Source: Ascidiella aspersa (taxonomy: Eukaryota). From it: DNA of 64,000 bases. The notes beneath the pieces are model-generated. The model worked only from the letters and a program-made list of their open reading frames with translations. It was not told the DNA's origin and made no database searches. Made by a program: the position numbers and the translations under genes. Positions within the stretch are counted from its first letter, which is position 1. Every line of letters starts with the position of its first letter. Below are positions 1 to 14,500 of the stretch, in pieces. The stretch covers positions 25,854,001-25,918,000 of the forward strand of contig OZ004608.1 of assembly GCA_963924565.1 (NCBI GenBank). Direction: 5' to 3'.

Positions 1-43
1 ATGCAACAAAATTTGTTTAATATTGTAACTATGGTTTCTGCAG

Positions 44-3000
44 AGAATATTCGTGATCGATTGGGAAGAGTAAGTTTAATTCGTCAAGGAGTAGCAAAAT
101 TGTCAGAAACTATTGAAAAGTCGTTCAACCAGATCGATAGTCGGATGAAACCAAGGCTTGTTTTTTTTCTATTAAACGGTTTGTTATGATCTTTATATGG
201 ACTGTGGTTGTACATTGTTTGTTATATATTACTATCGTAGATTTTACCAGTCTTGTATATGTTTTATATTATACCAGAGCAAACCAGAGTTGACGAAACA
301 ACATTGGGCTATATGACAAAAATGCATTCTATTTTCCGTGCAAACATTCCTACGGTAAATATTACATCTTCGTCAAGTATTTTAAGAAAACTTGTAAGAC
401 AATAATTCTGTTCCTCTTAGTTTTTTGTTCACTTTACATGCGACGGATGCAAGCTCCTTTTGAGAAGGCTTAAACGTGGCTTCCTTAAACTACTTTCCTC
501 TGTAAGCCACTTGAGTATCTCTCAACCTCCGTTTGGATTGGATGATGAAGAGTCTTCGCTAATTCCAAAACGCAAAGGTAATAAACCTTCAATGCGCACC
601 GTGCATTTCCATCACAGTGTACAAAATACTTAAATGCAAGTCGCGAAATACGTACAACTATTAACATTTTACAACACAATATATAATGTATTTGCTTCAA
701 TGCGCACCGTGCATTTCCATCACAGTGTACAAAATACTTAAATGCAAGTCGCGAAATACGTACAACTATTAACATTTTACAACACAATATATAATGTATT
801 TGACCTAGCTAATCTAATACAATTAAGCGCAGTGTATGATATTCTTCATTAGGCCTATGACATCATGTATAGATGTAACGTTACGTCTCCCCTAAATACC
901 CCCAAAAATAAACTCGCCCCTGGTCATCATATTATGTTTGGCTGATATGAAACTAATTGTTTTGCAGAACCTTCGCTAAACATATCTAGTTGTGGAAAGG
1001 CTGGCAACCTGCAAAAACTTAAAAAAAGTTTGTCATCAGTTGCAAAAATTTATTCGGGTTCGGAAGCTAAAAAAGGAGCTTGGCCCTGGCACGTTTTGAT
1101 TTCCAAAAACAACTCTTCTCCGAATGTAAGTTTTGTTTTTGTTTAATTTGTTTAAAATCTGCAACGGCGTGATTTTACAGCAGACGCCACGGTGCAAGAA
1201 TTATTGCGCAGAAGAGAAAGTTTGATATAGCTACTCTAATCATTTAAAATTGTGCATTGAGAATATAGCTAATGCGACGAAAATATAATGTGCACAAATG
1301 TGTAACAAAATTAACTCACTTGTCTATCTCAAATCAACGAAGTGTAGTAATTAAGAAAACTGCTGTTTAATCTGTCCTGCAAATGTTTATGGTTTTTAAA
1401 ATTTGTTTAAATTCTATTGGTCGCGACTGAATTTTACACAATCATTAACACCAAATTGCACGAACAACCCATTTAATTGATTTTGAAACCAAGGTTTATT
1501 ATAATTCGAGATGCAGAAGTTTTACAATATTATTACCACGTTCGCCACCTGAACTATAAGGATTGTGGAGAACAAAGTTACCAATCTTTTCGTCATTTTC
1601 GGAGAGGTGGTATCATCACCACTTAGTGTAAGAAGCATATGGTTTAAGTCAGTCCATGAGCAATTTGATAACATCTTCCGTTATGGACTGTTTATCACGA
1701 TTTAGGATCCATACTAAAAATGTATCTTCCCATTCAAGAAGTTTATGCGTAAATTTATTCTACAAAATCCAAAAAATAAAAAAATACATTGAATGAGCTA
1801 TTCTAGGATTCTGCTGCCTTGTTCTATGTAGTGGACATAAATTTCTTCTTTCGCTATTGTTTTGCTTGTGCTAATCATGTAATTATCTTGCTGTGTGTGG
1901 TGTCATATTCTTACGTGGTGAAACATTTACACACTAAAAGTTAAATTAAAAAATGTTTTTTTTAATATGGAGATTCTAAACGGATATATCGGAGGAGGTT
2001 CGCTAGTCAATCATCAGTGGGTTATCACAGCAGCGCCCATCTTTAACGACTTCGTCGGTAGAAATAAAATTCCCAGTCACTGGTTGGTAATGGGTGAGTA
2101 AGAAGAAAACATAATAAAACTAAATTCCAGGGTTGATTAGGTGTGTGATCAACTTAACGTACACTATATATATTTTGTCCAAACTATTTTCTAATAGTTT
2201 GTTGGACAAAAGAAAAGTAGCCTTGAACAATATTATTAAAAAAATCGCAAGATAAAATTAAGTTTACTAAAGTTTTTTTTCTAAAATTCATTTTACAAAT
2301 GTTCGCAAAAGAAATCGATACAATCAAATATTTCGTGAAAAACAATGCAAGATCTAATTCATTTTTCTTGGATTTATTAGGTTTTATTAACTAAATTACT
2401 TTCATTTGTTTAAATTTCAAACAGCAAGCGCACAGCTCTTTATCGTTAGTTTTACAGTAGAGCGACAAAAAACTAACAAATTCCACACCAGGGCGCTTTT
2501 TTGCAGAAAATTGTCTCAAGTGCACTGCCGAAATAAATATATAACGAAAATTTAGTTTAAAACTACAAACAATATCATTCACTTTTGAAATATTAACCAA
2601 TGTTTTTTTCAAACTGCGAAAAAAGCTTTTACCTACGTAGCGTGAAACTCCATTTATAATCCCTATTTACCATAAAGTGATTTTGTTTTTCAGGGACCAA
2701 TAAAAGAAACTTGGAGAATGAAAAGCCAAAGGCGTTTTTAGCCGAAAGGATTGTTCTTCATCCTGAATACAAGCAATTTAACAGTTCTTACATAATCTTA
2801 GACTTCGATGTTGCTCTGGTAAGTTAGCTGACTTCCAAGCTATTATTAAACGTTTCATGTTTTTACTACGATTACATCGTTTTTACGCACATGCAGATAA
2901 GAATTGGAAGGGAATATATCAGGCACGGAGAGGTGTTTCAACCACTGCAAAATGTAGGTTGGGTGGATTACGGAGAGTTCGTTAAACCAGTTTGTCTTCC

Positions 3001-5215
3001 ATGTTCGCCTAATAACTGCTTAAGCAAGCTTGTGTTATCACCTAACACCCGGGAGCACGATAGATGCCGGATGGAAGGTAAACTTTGTTTAGTGGCTCTT
3101 ACAGAAACAATATCAGTGTAAATGGAATAAAAAAACAATAAATACTGTAGATGAAAATGAAGTTGTTTGTACTAACGGATTGAGCAAGCATTGGCGTATG
3201 GTTGTTTCTCGACTCGTTCCTTTCTGAGCCCGTATATTTCAATTGGTAGAGCGAGGGTCCCGGCTTGACCGGAGGTCGTGAGTTCGAACCTCACTGCAGG
3301 CTAGTTATTTTCTAGCTTGTCCTGCTTGCATCATAGATCAACAGATTCGGTGAGTCTGTAATGACTTTCGCTGTATAAATTATACGTAAGCCGTAATCGT
3401 TGGTCAAAAAGCAGCTTCAGAAGGGCTAGATCTCAGTTATTAACACATTGTGTCTGAATGTTTCATACTTTAGATAAATGAAAAGTCTCCTTATTTCCCG
3501 GCAACCTTCACCAGCTCATTGCTCAAACAAAATAGATTTTATCCCGAATCGTAGTTTTAATACTAATGATTGGGATTCCTAAATTTCGAGCTACTAAACC
3601 TGTGTTTGTTTGAGGTGCCTACATGTCCAGCATTCGAAATCGCAGTTTGGACATCGTCACTGGGTTCGGAGTGACGAGCGATGATAATTGGTTTAATTCT
3701 GACGTTCTTCGTCAAGGAGCAATCCGGGTGAAATCAAAGGAGAAGTAAGCAATTTAAGGGATGCGTTTATTGTAACTAATTTCAAACAATTGGAAAATCA
3801 ATCAAAACCATTGGACGATAATAATTAATCAACTTCCTGAAGTTCGCTTAACGCAAAATTTTATTTGAGTTATATATTATTTTATATATAACTACACCAT
3901 GGATAATTATTTGAAGTGTGATTCCATTTAATATAGCCTACTTCTTAACATTGCTCTACAATTTTAACTTTGTAACGATAATACGATAGACTTAACACTA
4001 TTAAACAACAATTCAAACTGTATTAAGAAAGAAAATATTGTAAGTGTTTGTCATCATTGTAATACAATTTAGTATATAACGGTAGCACCTGATTTCCATA
4101 TTTTGAGTTCGACTATTAAAACGATACTTTATAACTATTCAGTTATATTTTCCGTCGTTTACACCAAAACTAAATTATTGTTTTCCTCTTCGTTTATACC
4201 GCAATTACGTAACGTTTGGTCGCAGGTGTAAACTGGCAGTCTCGTCAATGAGCAATGAGCGCAAACAAACTTTTAAGTTCACAGAACGTATGTTGTGTGC
4301 ACTTGGAGGGTCAAGGCACAACCCTGTCGACGCTTGCAAAGGGGATAGTGGAGGTCCATTAGTAAGAGAGGTGAAGATTTTTATTTCTTCTTAAAATCCG
4401 GACAACCTATCTCCATAAGGTTACGAACTTATAAATCGAAGTTGAGTATTTTTAACGCACCTGGTGAAATGATTTATGATACTGCTTTCCTAACTTTTAC
4501 GACGTACTTTTAATGTAATTTTTGACACACAATCAGATACTATTATATTATAAAAGAACAAAATAGTGTATATACATGTAATTTACTATCAATGTAAATA
4601 TTAGCTTGTATATAAGAAAATATCACTCATGTCTCACATAATTATGTTTTTTTGAATATTAAAAAAGCATTTCTGACGGTTCACCATTCACCAGATTAAG
4701 AAACACTGCCCTATACCCCTGCTGGTTTGAAAGCATCGATTAACGCATTCGTTAAAAGAAGAAGCATGCATTATTTTAATATATTTTTTGTTACAAACGT
4801 CTCTTTTTTAATAACTATAAGGGCCAGTAGTGAATATTTAATCCTGGTCATGCAGTTCGCCACTTGATCCACTCTTGCAGGCTGCTTTTCATTGTTGGTT
4901 TTATGTAGTATATATTTTGTAAATGAAAGGTACTACAAACAACAAAAAGGGTTTAAGTGCAATATGGCGGTGGGATCTGCTATTTGTTCGTAATAACATA
5001 GCCGTCATTTTAAAATATTGCAGATTGTTAATCGATTCACACATGAAAGCTGCTGGGTACAATACGGCATCGTCAGTTGGGGAGCACCTTGTGGAACTAC
5101 AGATTATCCTGGTTTTTACACCAATATATTTACTGTTTTACCTTGGATTAAGAAAACCATGTTCAAGTCGACCGGAAATACTGTTGCAAGTACTAACGAC
5201 GGTAATGTTCGTTAA
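44..5215 (+). CDS. 3' part of factor B/C2-like module A (end of vWA plus protease SP1); catalytic His->Pro in this copy
   Basis: Exons 44-178, 278-354, 421-577, 968-1125, 1973-2093, 2694-2818, 2897-3077, 3615-3744, 4226-4370, 5024-5215 (or to 5201), with consistent phases. Motifs: [48 protein letters not shown]. Confidence 0.88.
587..802 (+). repeat. 108-bp x2 tandem duplication in an intron (second copy 36532-36747)
   Basis: cttcaatgcgcacc...aatgtatttg begins at 587 and again at 695. Confidence 0.95.
3226..3301 (+). mobile_element. tRNA-derived SINE head (second copy 39171-39246)
   Basis: A-box-like tttcaattggtagagc and B-box gagttcgaacc; no clean cloverleaf; intronic. Confidence 0.6.
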
Positions 5216-5218
5216 AAA

Positions 5219-5229
5219 AATAAAATAAA
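5219..5229 (+). terminator. Candidate poly(A) signals for the short isoform (second copy 41164-41174)
   Basis: Two overlapping AATAAA hexamers starting 4 nt after TAA; AT-rich background weakens the call. Confidence 0.4.
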
Positions 5230-5577
5230 GCTTGAATTTATTTTGAAAGTTCGATAGGTGGTTTACTTTATTGGTATAAAACAATGAGAAAATATATCTT
5301 CTATCTCAGAAGCGTATTCTGTGAGGTATTCACATACCTTTGTCGTATGCTCAAAACAACTGTTGCGTAGAAAACAGTTTTTTAACTCATATCAGTTGGT
5401 TAAGCATCACAAAAACATAAAGCCAAGCTAGGTGACACAGCGGGTTAGAAATGATTGTTAGGTTTAATTTACAACAAGAGTTTCCAATCATCTGTTAAGT
5501 CTGATGGAGAATTAATGACTTTCATTGTAGGATCGTTGACTTCTACTTAATTTCTTATGCAGTGAATCTTTTTCCAG

Positions 5578-8500
5578 AAATTTGTTTTTCAAATCCAGAA
5601 GCAATAGAACCGGGCCGCAAATGCCGCAAGCCTTGTCAAACTAATGCTGATTGCAAAGGTCAGCTGAAACGGTGTTTGTGCGATGGCTTATGCGGAAAAT
5701 CCTGCTACAATCCAGGTAGGAAACGACACCGTTTCGTTCCTTACTAGTTTATTCATATTTAATTTATACATCCATAAAGAAGTGAACTATTTCACAGCAT
5801 TGGAATATTATTTAATTGTAATTAAATATTTGTTATCGGTTTTGCACTGTAGTTGCGATCTGTTCTGACTTACCTCCGTTTCCAAACGGCCATATTAAGG
5901 GCGATCGCACTTACAACAAATCGGTAACGTACACTTGTTCTAATGGATACTTCCTCGTTGGAAATAGCACCAGACAATGCAGATCAGATAAGCAATGGAG
6001 TGGAAAGCCACCTAAGTGTGAAAGTAAATTTGGTTTGTACTTATCACCAATGCTTGTAATTCTACTGTTCATAATCACGCATTCTGTATTGTATTATCTA
6101 CGTTTCGTAACCCCAACGTATCTTGATTTTTTTTTAGCACTTAAATTGTTCAAACTTGACGTAGGCGAACAGAATAAAAAGGTATAGATTACTTTCCAAT
6201 AGAAAACATTTACTGAAAAAATAACTTCAAGTATGTTTTAATTTTCTGATAGAAAAATAACCAGCCAATGTGTGGCTCTGAATTTACAAAAAGAAGTAAA
6301 TATTACACAAATTTTACCATAATTTTAGACTTGATACCCATAGTGTGTTTATTATATCCAACGTTAGGATTTTTTTGCAGAGTCTCGATGCAATAACATT
6401 CAAAGTTTACCGAACGGATTAGTTGAAACAGATAGAGATGTTGGCGGTATTACAATCTTCTTATGCAATTCAGGATACCAATTGGTTGGTTTACGGTATA
6501 TTACCTGCCAAACAAACGCCAGTTGGAGCAATCAACCACCCACATGCCACCGTAAGCCTATAGATTTTGCGTAAATGTAATAGTGGAAAAATTACATATA
6601 GACTGATCTTTTTGATTTAAAGCAATTGTTATTTCATCAAAAGGGCACAATAACGAAGCTTATCACAGCAACTCTATAAATGTTTTTTTTTAATTTAGAT
6701 TAAAATGCAATAAAATGCTCAACTTGTGATTTTAGCGATTTCATGTTTTAACCTGCCACCAATCAAGCACGGTTACATAAAGGGAAACAATACTTTTAAC
6801 GAAACGGTTACTTATCATTGCAACGATGGATATGAAATTATGGGACGCTTTCACAATAGAACTTGCAACTCGGACGGTACATGGAGCGACGAGGCTCCGC
6901 GTTGTCAAAGTAAGAGAAAACGGTGTTACTTTCATTTACTAAAAGATACTAAAGTAAAGACCGACGTTTTTTGCCAAAATTAAAACCGATTTTTTGTCAA
7001 TCGTTTTTCGATCATTGTTTTCATACAATAGTGAGTTTTTCCGACTTGAAAACAAGTCTGACTTACAACCAATGTGTGCAGAACGTCTTTGCAGTGAGCT
7101 GCAATCAATTCAAAACGGCAAAATAGAGTACTCGACTAGTATTGGCAGCATAGCAATCTACGTTTGTAACATTGGTTATACACTCAACGGAGCACGATAT
7201 CAAACCTGCGGCCTGAATGCATTGTGGAGTGGTTCTGTTCCGACTTGCAATCGTGAGTATGGTTAAAAAATTATTCTTAGTAGCCTTAAAATATCGTTCT
7301 TGGGCTGTGCTCCGCAATCTTTGTTACTTGAGGCACCCCAACAAAACTGAAACAATCCGGCGCAAACCTACGAAATATATTTCGATTGGCTTTGGACACC
7401 ACATCAGCAAATGGAGCGATTTATGACTAAATATGCCGCAGGCGCTAAAAAGTTTTCTTGTTACATTCCTTTTTCTTCTGATTTTGCGGTTTTACGGTTA
7501 TTCTAAAGCCTTTTAAGTGCTGAAAATTCGACCCCTTGCAATAGCGGATCAAAGAACATTGAAGACTGGTATTAACATATTCAAACAATTAAACCTGACA
7601 CATGTGCTTTTTACATTTTTGCCTAATTTATTTTTCTCGGAACTGCAGCCAAGATTAATTTATACAACCACAAAATTCCACTTCCTTTGAAAATGATATT
7701 TCATTGGTTTGATTTTTTTATCGGATAGATACTATTTTCCTTTCAATAAGGTATAAAGTTTGAAAACCATTGTTGAATATTTTTACTCCTGATATAGTTG
7801 AGTTAGTTCAAAAATTATTTTGAAATTCACATCCTGGCGATTAAACGTGACATGGGTTTCAAAAAAAGTTATAAATAAGATGGAAAAGTTTATATAACAG
7901 GAAAAGTTCATACACCTATACTGGATTATTTCACAAAAAAACATATTCTATAGTAGTTTGGTGTTTTTGTCAACTTTACGCGTTGTTTGGTGTCGGTTCA
8001 AATATGCAGTAATGCCTAATATTATATGACTAAGGATTTGTCTTCATAAACGAACTCCAAAATATAAATTAAAAGTAACGGTGCTTCAATATATGTTTTT
8101 AATCATGCATGTTTATAGCAATCACATGTGTGATTCCTTCGATTCGAAATGGAAAATTTACCGGGAAGCGAACCTATGGTCAAACTATTAAATATACTTG
8201 CAATGTTGGGTACACCCTTCAAGGTCGTAAAACAAGAACATGTAGATCAGATCGACGTTGGAGCGGGGTTTCTCCGATTTGCCAAGGCTAGTAAATGTAT
8301 CTTTTGTATTTTTCATATAACTGAAATACTTCAACCGTTTAATCGATGTAAACTTGGATTTGTAGTTGTGACATGTCAGTTTCCTTCTCCCATATTAAAC
8401 GGGCAAGTATATGGAGCGACAAACTACCGCGATACAGTACGCTATGTGTGCAATCCGGACTTTACTTTAAACGGAACAAGTAGTAGAACTTGCAGATCGG

Positions 8501-11500
8501 ATGGAACCTGGAGTGGAGAGCAACCTTTTTGTCAAGGTACGGGTTTTTATTACAGATGGCCAATGTTACAATTAAATTATGCTGAGGTGTTCCACTTTGT
8601 CGACTCTTCAGAACCGTCAAGCAAAGCAAGCTTTGTTCTTTCCGGTTTTATGGAAAACACTATTTATGTATAAGTTGCTAGACGAAATATTCGCATATAT
8701 AAGTGCAAAATATTATTTGACCAATAAAATTGTTACTAATTTTATTCAGGTTAGTACTTACCGACGTTGTACATAAGCTTTTGCACCGAACGTTTAGAAA
8801 CTATAGGGGGTAAATTTACCATAAAACTTTTCATCTTTAGCCTATCATTGAAATAATTTAAAACGGAAAACTTTTCATATTTTAGAATCTATAACTTTCT
8901 AAACGAGTGGTTCCTAATAGTTGTATATTGCGGTACATTAGGAAATATAAATCGCGGCACATTTTCTAAAACAACTAAACCGTGATCCTAACCCTTACAA
9001 GACGGATAGGCGTTAGGTAAATACTTTAATATTATAATTTTTTAATAGATAGTGGGCATTCATGTCTCGCATACGTCGATATGTTTATTTCTGATACGAA
9101 TAGTTTATTTTTCCGACTTACAAAACGTTTCTCTACATTACATTTGCCTGGCATAATAGAGAAAAATATTTAAAGAAAGCGATCACATACAGATACTGTT
9201 ATAAAAATAAATAGAGATGATTCAACGCATAACTTAAATATTAGCCATCCTCCTAACGACGCACCTGAAGTAGGCCTACTCTGAAAACTAAAATAAAAGT
9301 TAAAAAAAAGGATAAAAATGTCGCTTATAAAGGGTTAATAAATTCTATGAATTTATTTGGCTATGCCTTAGGGTGGATTGACTTTGAGATATTAGTCCTG
9401 TAATTAGGAATGATTTCGGCTTTTTAGTGCTGACAACGATGGTTATAACTAGGGCCATTTTTATTTGAACCTAAAAAAACAATTTTTTAACTTTATTTTT
9501 ATCAAATTTTAACTTTATTTTAACCTAACGGAATTGCTCGTTTGTAGAGGCCACAGTTCTTCCTTGAATTGATGCCAGTTACCCAAACATAATATTTTGT
9601 CGATTTCAGATCCAAACGTGATATTTTGTCGCAAAGTCAAGGTGTTTTATGGATTATAAAAAGTGCATCGGGTTTTTTTGGCGATAGTTTTAGCTTGCTT
9701 AGGAATTTTTGTATTACAGAAGTAGGCTATTTCTAAAATCCAAATTGTTGATCTTCGAAAAGACCACGTTTATGAAGATAAAGTATTTTATAAAAAAATT
9801 TTAAATACGTAACAATAAAGAAAAAAATGGACAATTTGCGATAAAAGTTACTGCTAATCCAAGTGGGCATTGTGCCATATTTCCTGCTTTTATGGGTTAA
9901 TATGGTTTAATTGTGTCGCAGTTCCTGATTTACAATGCTTCCACGACGATTTTTACAAAAACTACTCTCAAGAAACACAAAAACTTAGTCAAAGGCTATA
10001 ATTTGACAAATTTTGACTTTATTAATAAATTTTAACTTTATTGTAAATTTTAACTTTATTTTAACCTATAAATTCTTAAAAACGACTTTATTATTTGATT
10101 CCTGGACAGATGAGCTCCTTCAAAAATTTTAACTTTATTGACTTTTGCGGGACCTAGTTATAACTTAGAAATGCAAGATTTTTAATATAGCTTAATGTGC
10201 TTAGGCTTTAGGCTAAAATCTATAATACAGTTAATGCATTGTGCAAGGTTTGACATTGCACACATCAAAAATCTCAAAACATCTCGTGACCACTGATTTA
10301 GTGTCATATTTTAATTGAAAATGCACAACACAGAAACGGACTACAGTTTGTGCGGGCAATCCGTTTCCGATGAAAAGAAATATTTGGGTAGAATAATTAG
10401 CGGAAAACCATCAAAAGAACGCTCCTGGCCGTGGCATACTCTAATCTCTCTTGAGCGCGGCAACCAATATAGAGTGAGTAATGCCTTACAGCTCTAATTC
10501 AGTTTTGTTTATAAATATAACATATAGTAAACGAACGATTCTTCAGCAGATAAAATACAACGCTAAGAACAAAACTTGGAATATACAGTAGAAACAGTTT
10601 GTTGTTTCCTATATTTTGCAGACATATAACGGTTGGCTATTGGGTGCTGGATCTCTTATAAACAACAACTTTGTACTTACGACAGCTCATTTGTTTGGAT
10701 TCAGCAAAAACGTAGTGGATCTACTTCTAACCTTTGGTAAGTAGTGTTATATTATACAATGCAAAATAGAAATATGTGCTGTGACAAACAGTCTATATTT
10801 GTAATGTGCCGATTTGTATTGTACGTCTATTTAGACCTAATTGTATGCGATAGGTTTAATTTAAACAACACGTGAATATGACTGTCAAACAATTTTTTAA
10901 TCGACTATTACCAGCGATATTAACATATATTTTGTTACACCATTATTTCACCAAACTATTTGTGAACATTAGGAATGTTACGCCGCCCATTAAACAATTC
11001 GGACACTTTAGCCTCTTCGGTCAGGTTATTCGGAGGATCTAGAATATTTATTCACCCATCATATGTTAGAAACGAATATGACAACGATGTAGCTCTGGTA
11101 AGTTAATTTGTGTAGTTTGCTTAACTATAGCAATCTTGGTGTTGTCGATAGTTGAATCAGTGCGAAATCTTTGTTAATATGTCATACTAATCAAGTTATT
11201 GTACTTAAAAAATACAGTATTTTAGGCCTACATGTCTAAGTTATCTAATACCCTGTAGTCCATCGCTCAAATTTTGCTGGCTACATGCCCTCTTTTTTTC
11301 TGTTGAAAAGACGTAATAAAAATCACGACTATTTTTCTCATTTCTTTTTAAGGACAATGACTCAAGTGTGTTCTATAGGTAAGAATTGGTGAGGAATTTA
11401 GTTTCGTCAACGGAAGTTGGAAAGTTGTTTCTCCAGGGGGTCGGGTAGAGTATACAGCTTACATACGACCAGTATGTCTGCCTTGCATGGAAAACACTTG

Positions 11501-14500
11501 TGTTGGGAAACATCTGCGCAAGATATCAACTGGTGTAAGTTTGTTGAATGGTAGCGAATCAAATGAAGAAAAATGTAAGATTGAAGGTAAATATTAGTGT
11601 TATAAACAGTTACAATCTACTAAGACGAACAAATAAACAGCCCGTAACTACTTAATGCAGCATTTTATGTCAGGCTTCTAGGGACATTCTGGGCTTGGAA
11701 GCAAAATTTTATTAAAAACCTTTTAATAGACCCAGTTAGGCTTAGTTCAAGATATTCAGTTGCTCTGAAGAAATGCTATGTTTACCTATTAACATAGCAT
11801 TTCGATGCTATGTTTACCTATTATAAAAACACACAATGAATTCATGCAAAGTGCCCCCAAAATGGAAAAAGATTCTCTCAAATCGCAAACATGCTATACC
11901 AAATGTATAAATGAGATTCGGATTTGCGTTTTGTATCCAGTTTGTAAAAGAGGTGGTTGACCGGATGATTTACATTGGAATGTCAGATCCGTGCCGCGGG
12001 CCGAAGGTTTTGATTTTCAGTTTAAAACAATCCACACTGTTACGTGAGAATACATTATTTTCATAACCTGGTCAACAAATTCAGTACGAAGTTTTTAGCC
12101 TAATAGTCAAAATGTACAAAATGTTTAAAAAACATTTTTAGATCACTAAAAAATGAACACGTTTCTCAGAAAGAAGCATATTAAAATATTCTAAGACATT
12201 ACTCATGATAACCACAAATCTTAGGAATATGGACATTTCCAGGTTTTAAACATGAGTGAAGTCATGACCTACTGTAGTTTTAGCCCAAGACACTATAGTC
12301 TCCAATGACTTACATCCAAGTCAATGCATTTATCCGAAAGACAGAATTCCCTACAACACTGCAAATACAAGTATGGTTGTTCTGGAAAACCAACATAATA
12401 ACAGGAAATGCAACGATAAAATAGTTCTTAGATTTTTGCTTCCATTTGTTTTATTTTGGAATAGTTGCATGACGTAGTCAATTAACTTGTTTAGAAGTTC
12501 ATATTTTTTTAACGCCTAAATTGTAATGTTTCAGGGGATTGGTTATTAAAAGACGAACAATCTAACAGCAGTTCACCACTTTTTACAATCATTGGCTTTG
12601 GCTATACCAGCATTAAGAAAAGACCCAACCGGTTGCAAGAAGGATTGGTGGAGATTAGGAAAGAAAAATAGTAAATTGTTATAAGACAATAATTCTGTGT
12701 AGGCCTATTGGTTTCTAGACAAAAACAAGAATATAGAATATATAAGAAGAAATTCCCAAATGATAGGATGAAATATTTTTTTTACTTACTATTTTAAACA
12801 TGTTTATGCCCACTTGAGCTTCCCTCTTAATATTGTAGATTCGTTAGGTCTTCACTGACAAAGTACACACAGGCCGCAAGAAGATAATAATTATCGTTTT
12901 GGGTATAACTAGTACCAGTTGAATATAATACGGTGTCTTATAGGCTACCTCAGTGGTCGGCAACCGCAGGGTATGCAGATTAAAATTTTGATTTAAACCC
13001 AAACCGTAGGCTTCGTATAAGCCGTAAAAAGTCAAAAACAATTAAATGTATATTTACCTTCAAAACACATTGTCTTTCGTTTAAATATAATCCATGGTTA
13101 ATTGCTATAATAAAAAATCACTATTAACCAGGCACTCGTGAAGTTCAAAACAAACCAATGTGATGTGGCTATATTAGGCTACATAGCACGTTCACAACAT
13201 CCTAAAATGCATTTTTTTGTAAAATCTAACTACACGTATTTACAATATATCAAAAACGCCCATAATAATGTTTTTTCTGGGAAAGTTTTCGACAACGTGT
13301 GCATTTTATTAGTTCATTGAAAAAGTTGCATTAAATTTCCTTTATTGAGCATTTGTTAAATTTCAGTTTTAAACCGGTCCGCAGTGCAAAAAAGGTTGCC
13401 GACCCCTGTTATACCCCACGGACCACGGCACATCTGGCATAGTCTCACGGTACACCAGTGTGCAGCGGCCCACTGGTTGTGCGGCATTGGTTTTAAGAGA
13501 GTCGAGTAAGAGATATTTCCGAGTTAGTAAAAACGAAATAATTACCTACCGATACATGATCAAGTCAGCGTTTTTATAAAACCAAGGTGATAACCGTTTG
13601 TTGTTGTACTGTGTAGCGTGTAGCCCTGTTGTATTGTAGTGGCAAGCTTGTATTCGGTCAGCGTGTTCTGATGAATGTAAGTAGTTGCCACGTGCGCGAC
13701 ACGCAAACACAAAACACACGAAAAAGGCAAATGCGAACACGTACATAAAAAGGCATAAGACACGCTTCGCTTAACATGCTGCAGGGGCTACATTACTCCC
13801 CCCCAGAAGCGGGTTAAAATTTTTACGTGGCCGACCTCGTCTTCTGGGAACGTGCAGTTGCACTGGTTGCGTTGGGTCTACATAAGCAGGTTTAAGGCGA
13901 TCAACAGAGATAGTTTGTCGCTGTCCCGCAATGTCTACAACAAAATACTTAGCGTGGCGTTCGAAAACTTTATAAGGGCCCTCATAAGGAGGATTTAAAG
14001 GGGGGCGGTAACCATCTTTGCGAACAAAAACATATGCACAACTTAACAAGACACGCGGAACATCAATGATAACATTACGATGCTTTGACATTGGCGTGGG
14101 GAGAAAGTTACCAATTGAGTTTCGAAGCGTTTGAAGAAACTCTGTCGGCTCACCCAAGTTAGTTGCGTGAGGGATAAAATCCCCAGGCAGGGAAATAGTT
14201 GTTCCATAGACTAACTCCGCGCTTGATGCTTTTAAATCTTTTTTTGGCGTAGCCCGAATTCCTAATAGAACCCAGGGCAATTCGTCTATCCAGTTTGCTG
14301 CCTGCATTCGTGCCATTAAAACGCTTTTCAAATGCCGATGAAAGCGTTCCACGAGACCATTGGCTTGGGGATGGTAAGCTGTAGTGCATCTATGCTTAAT
14401 TCCAATAAGCTGAGTGACTTTAGCCCACAGCTGCGACGTAAATTGTGGCCCTCTATCGGAGGACATTTCCGAAGGAACGCCAAAGCGGGCAATCCAATGA

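Noticed and set aside
485-787. 100-aa minus-strand ORF with an internal repeat
   Set aside because: By-product of the 108-bp intronic duplication, antisense to an exon.
3226-3301. Functional tRNA gene
   Set aside because: A and B boxes are present but acceptor and anticodon stems do not pair well; more likely a SINE head.
5216-5577. Independent start exon for module B (MRKYIFYLRSVFCEVFTYLC from 5284, or MIVR from 5451 spliced at 5462-5530)
   Set aside because: Neither gives a convincing signal peptide, and the best phase-1 donor creates TAA. Not excluded, but weaker than the A-to-B splice.
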